NCBI GenBank assembly: GCA_009103225.1
Contig: RHPI01001116.1
Coordinates: forward strand, 968,861-1,032,860
Direction of reading: 5' to 3'
Length of the DNA: 64,000 bases
DNA from: Chlorokybus atmophyticus
Taxonomy: Eukaryota; Plantae; Mesostigma and Chlorokybus algae
The first letter of the stretch is position 1. Each line of letters starts with the position of its first letter. The position numbers were made by a program, and so were the translations under genes. The notes under the pieces are model-generated. The model was not told the origin of the DNA, made no database searches, and saw nothing but the letters and a program-made list of their open reading frames with translations. This document shows, piece by piece, positions 62,698 through 64,000 of this stretch.

Positions 62698-64000
62698 GTT
62701 ATTAAAGTGTATGATTGCTAACATGCTTGCAATGTGCATGTCATTCATTATTTGTGCACGTGCGCAGGCCTGAACAGGACTTGAGCACATGAGGAGGCTT
62801 TGTGGCACATCTAGACCGGAGTTCAATTGGCAGTGGGAGATGTCCGGGGCGTGTAGGCCGGCGCCGGTGTGTGCACATGTGTTGGTGGCAATAATGGTAT
62901 CATTTAGCAGGCAGGAGAGGAGGTCAATACTTATTGGCTCCATGCTGTACCTATTTGCATAGTTGCTACGACTGAAGCACATCTTGATGCGTGCAATACT
63001 TGTTCATGTGTCACAACCATGATGCAAGGGGTGCAAAAGTTGATGCATTGTCTGCAGCATGGAACTTTCCTGCATCGCACTCGGAGTTTTTATCATCTTC
63101 TCCTCCAAGGACAGGGTATCAGGCTGGCAACGAGTGCATGGCAACATTCACACGCATGCAGCACATGCGTATGAATATTGTGCTTGCAAGAGTGTGACAC
63201 TCTTGCCAGCTTAACAGAACACATGCTGGCACGTACGCACATGCATGCGCGTACATGCGCGCGAAAACATGCGAGCACACAAACACACAGAAGGCACATA
63301 CTATGGGTGTGACACACATAACGCACAACACAATTGCTCTCCGTCCCTTGACAGTGCAGTCTTCTTTAACGCAAGCATACAGGTGCGCACACGCGTGCTG
63401 GCACTGTGCATGCATAAAGGTGCGCGCATGCACACATGCGCAATCAACATGTATCTATACATCACTCATGGAAACAAACACGGCTGGCGCAGCGCGCGCG
63501 CGGGGCAACGAATTATGCACCATTTTAAAGAGTCCCGCGAGGACGCCACGTTCGTGCACGACCACCGACAACAACCACCACTACCGCCAGCCCACAAACA
63601 CCGGCATCGAAAGGCGCTGCGCGAGCACACGCTTTACAATTTCTAGTTGCTGCTGACAAGGTGAGCATCATTGAAACCATGAAGTTATGGGGTGCATGGG
63701 TGAGCTAGCAAAGGTACAGATAGGTCTTGTTGTTGCAACAGCAATAGAATCACATGAACAATCGCTTTGACCGCTTGCGCATGTTCGTGCAAGGTGATAT
63801 GGTATGACACACGCATCGTTGCCTGCCGACCTATGTTGCCCAAGTGTCGCCTACGATGTTGCTCATCAGCTGGTTTAACACAGGTCTCATCCTCCACTCT
63901 TTCATAGGCATCCGCGCGCGATGCGGCTCTCAGACACGCGCAAGCAGCTGCAAGCCTTGTACGAGGTGAGAGCTTGACACATCAACACAACAATGCCAAC

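Noticed and set aside
63400-64000. Possible start of another + strand gene (GT donors at 63661 and ~63966)
   Set aside because: No open phase-consistent model or recognisable domain within the window.

Overview
Eukaryotic, intron-rich (GT-AG) nuclear DNA of a green alga (Viridiplantae, inferred from a transit-peptide-bearing PsbP), from a gapped draft scaffold. The left ~38 kb is housekeeping: PHT1/PTA-type phosphate transporter, a 4-exon hypothetical gene, PsbP, RRP5, ABCB28-type transporter, URB1/Npa1 and a small SVIP-like gene. The right ~26 kb is accessory. It holds a TA-flanked pogo/Fot1 DNA transposon with perfect 22-bp TIRs but a dead transposase, and an adjacent 6.4-kb putative non-autonomous CACTA/CMC-like element carrying a bZIP-like ORF and many hairpins. 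It ends in a tandem array of three 4.7-5.6-kb units. The last unit encodes the most interesting product: a 310-aa protein with a transit-peptide-like N-terminus, a variable 7-aa (AGVKxDV) coiled coil and a prokaryote-like PD-(D/E)XK-type nuclease-fold C-terminus. The other two units are truncated paralogues, one apparently a recombinant. All family assignments are by eye from motifs; no searches were run.
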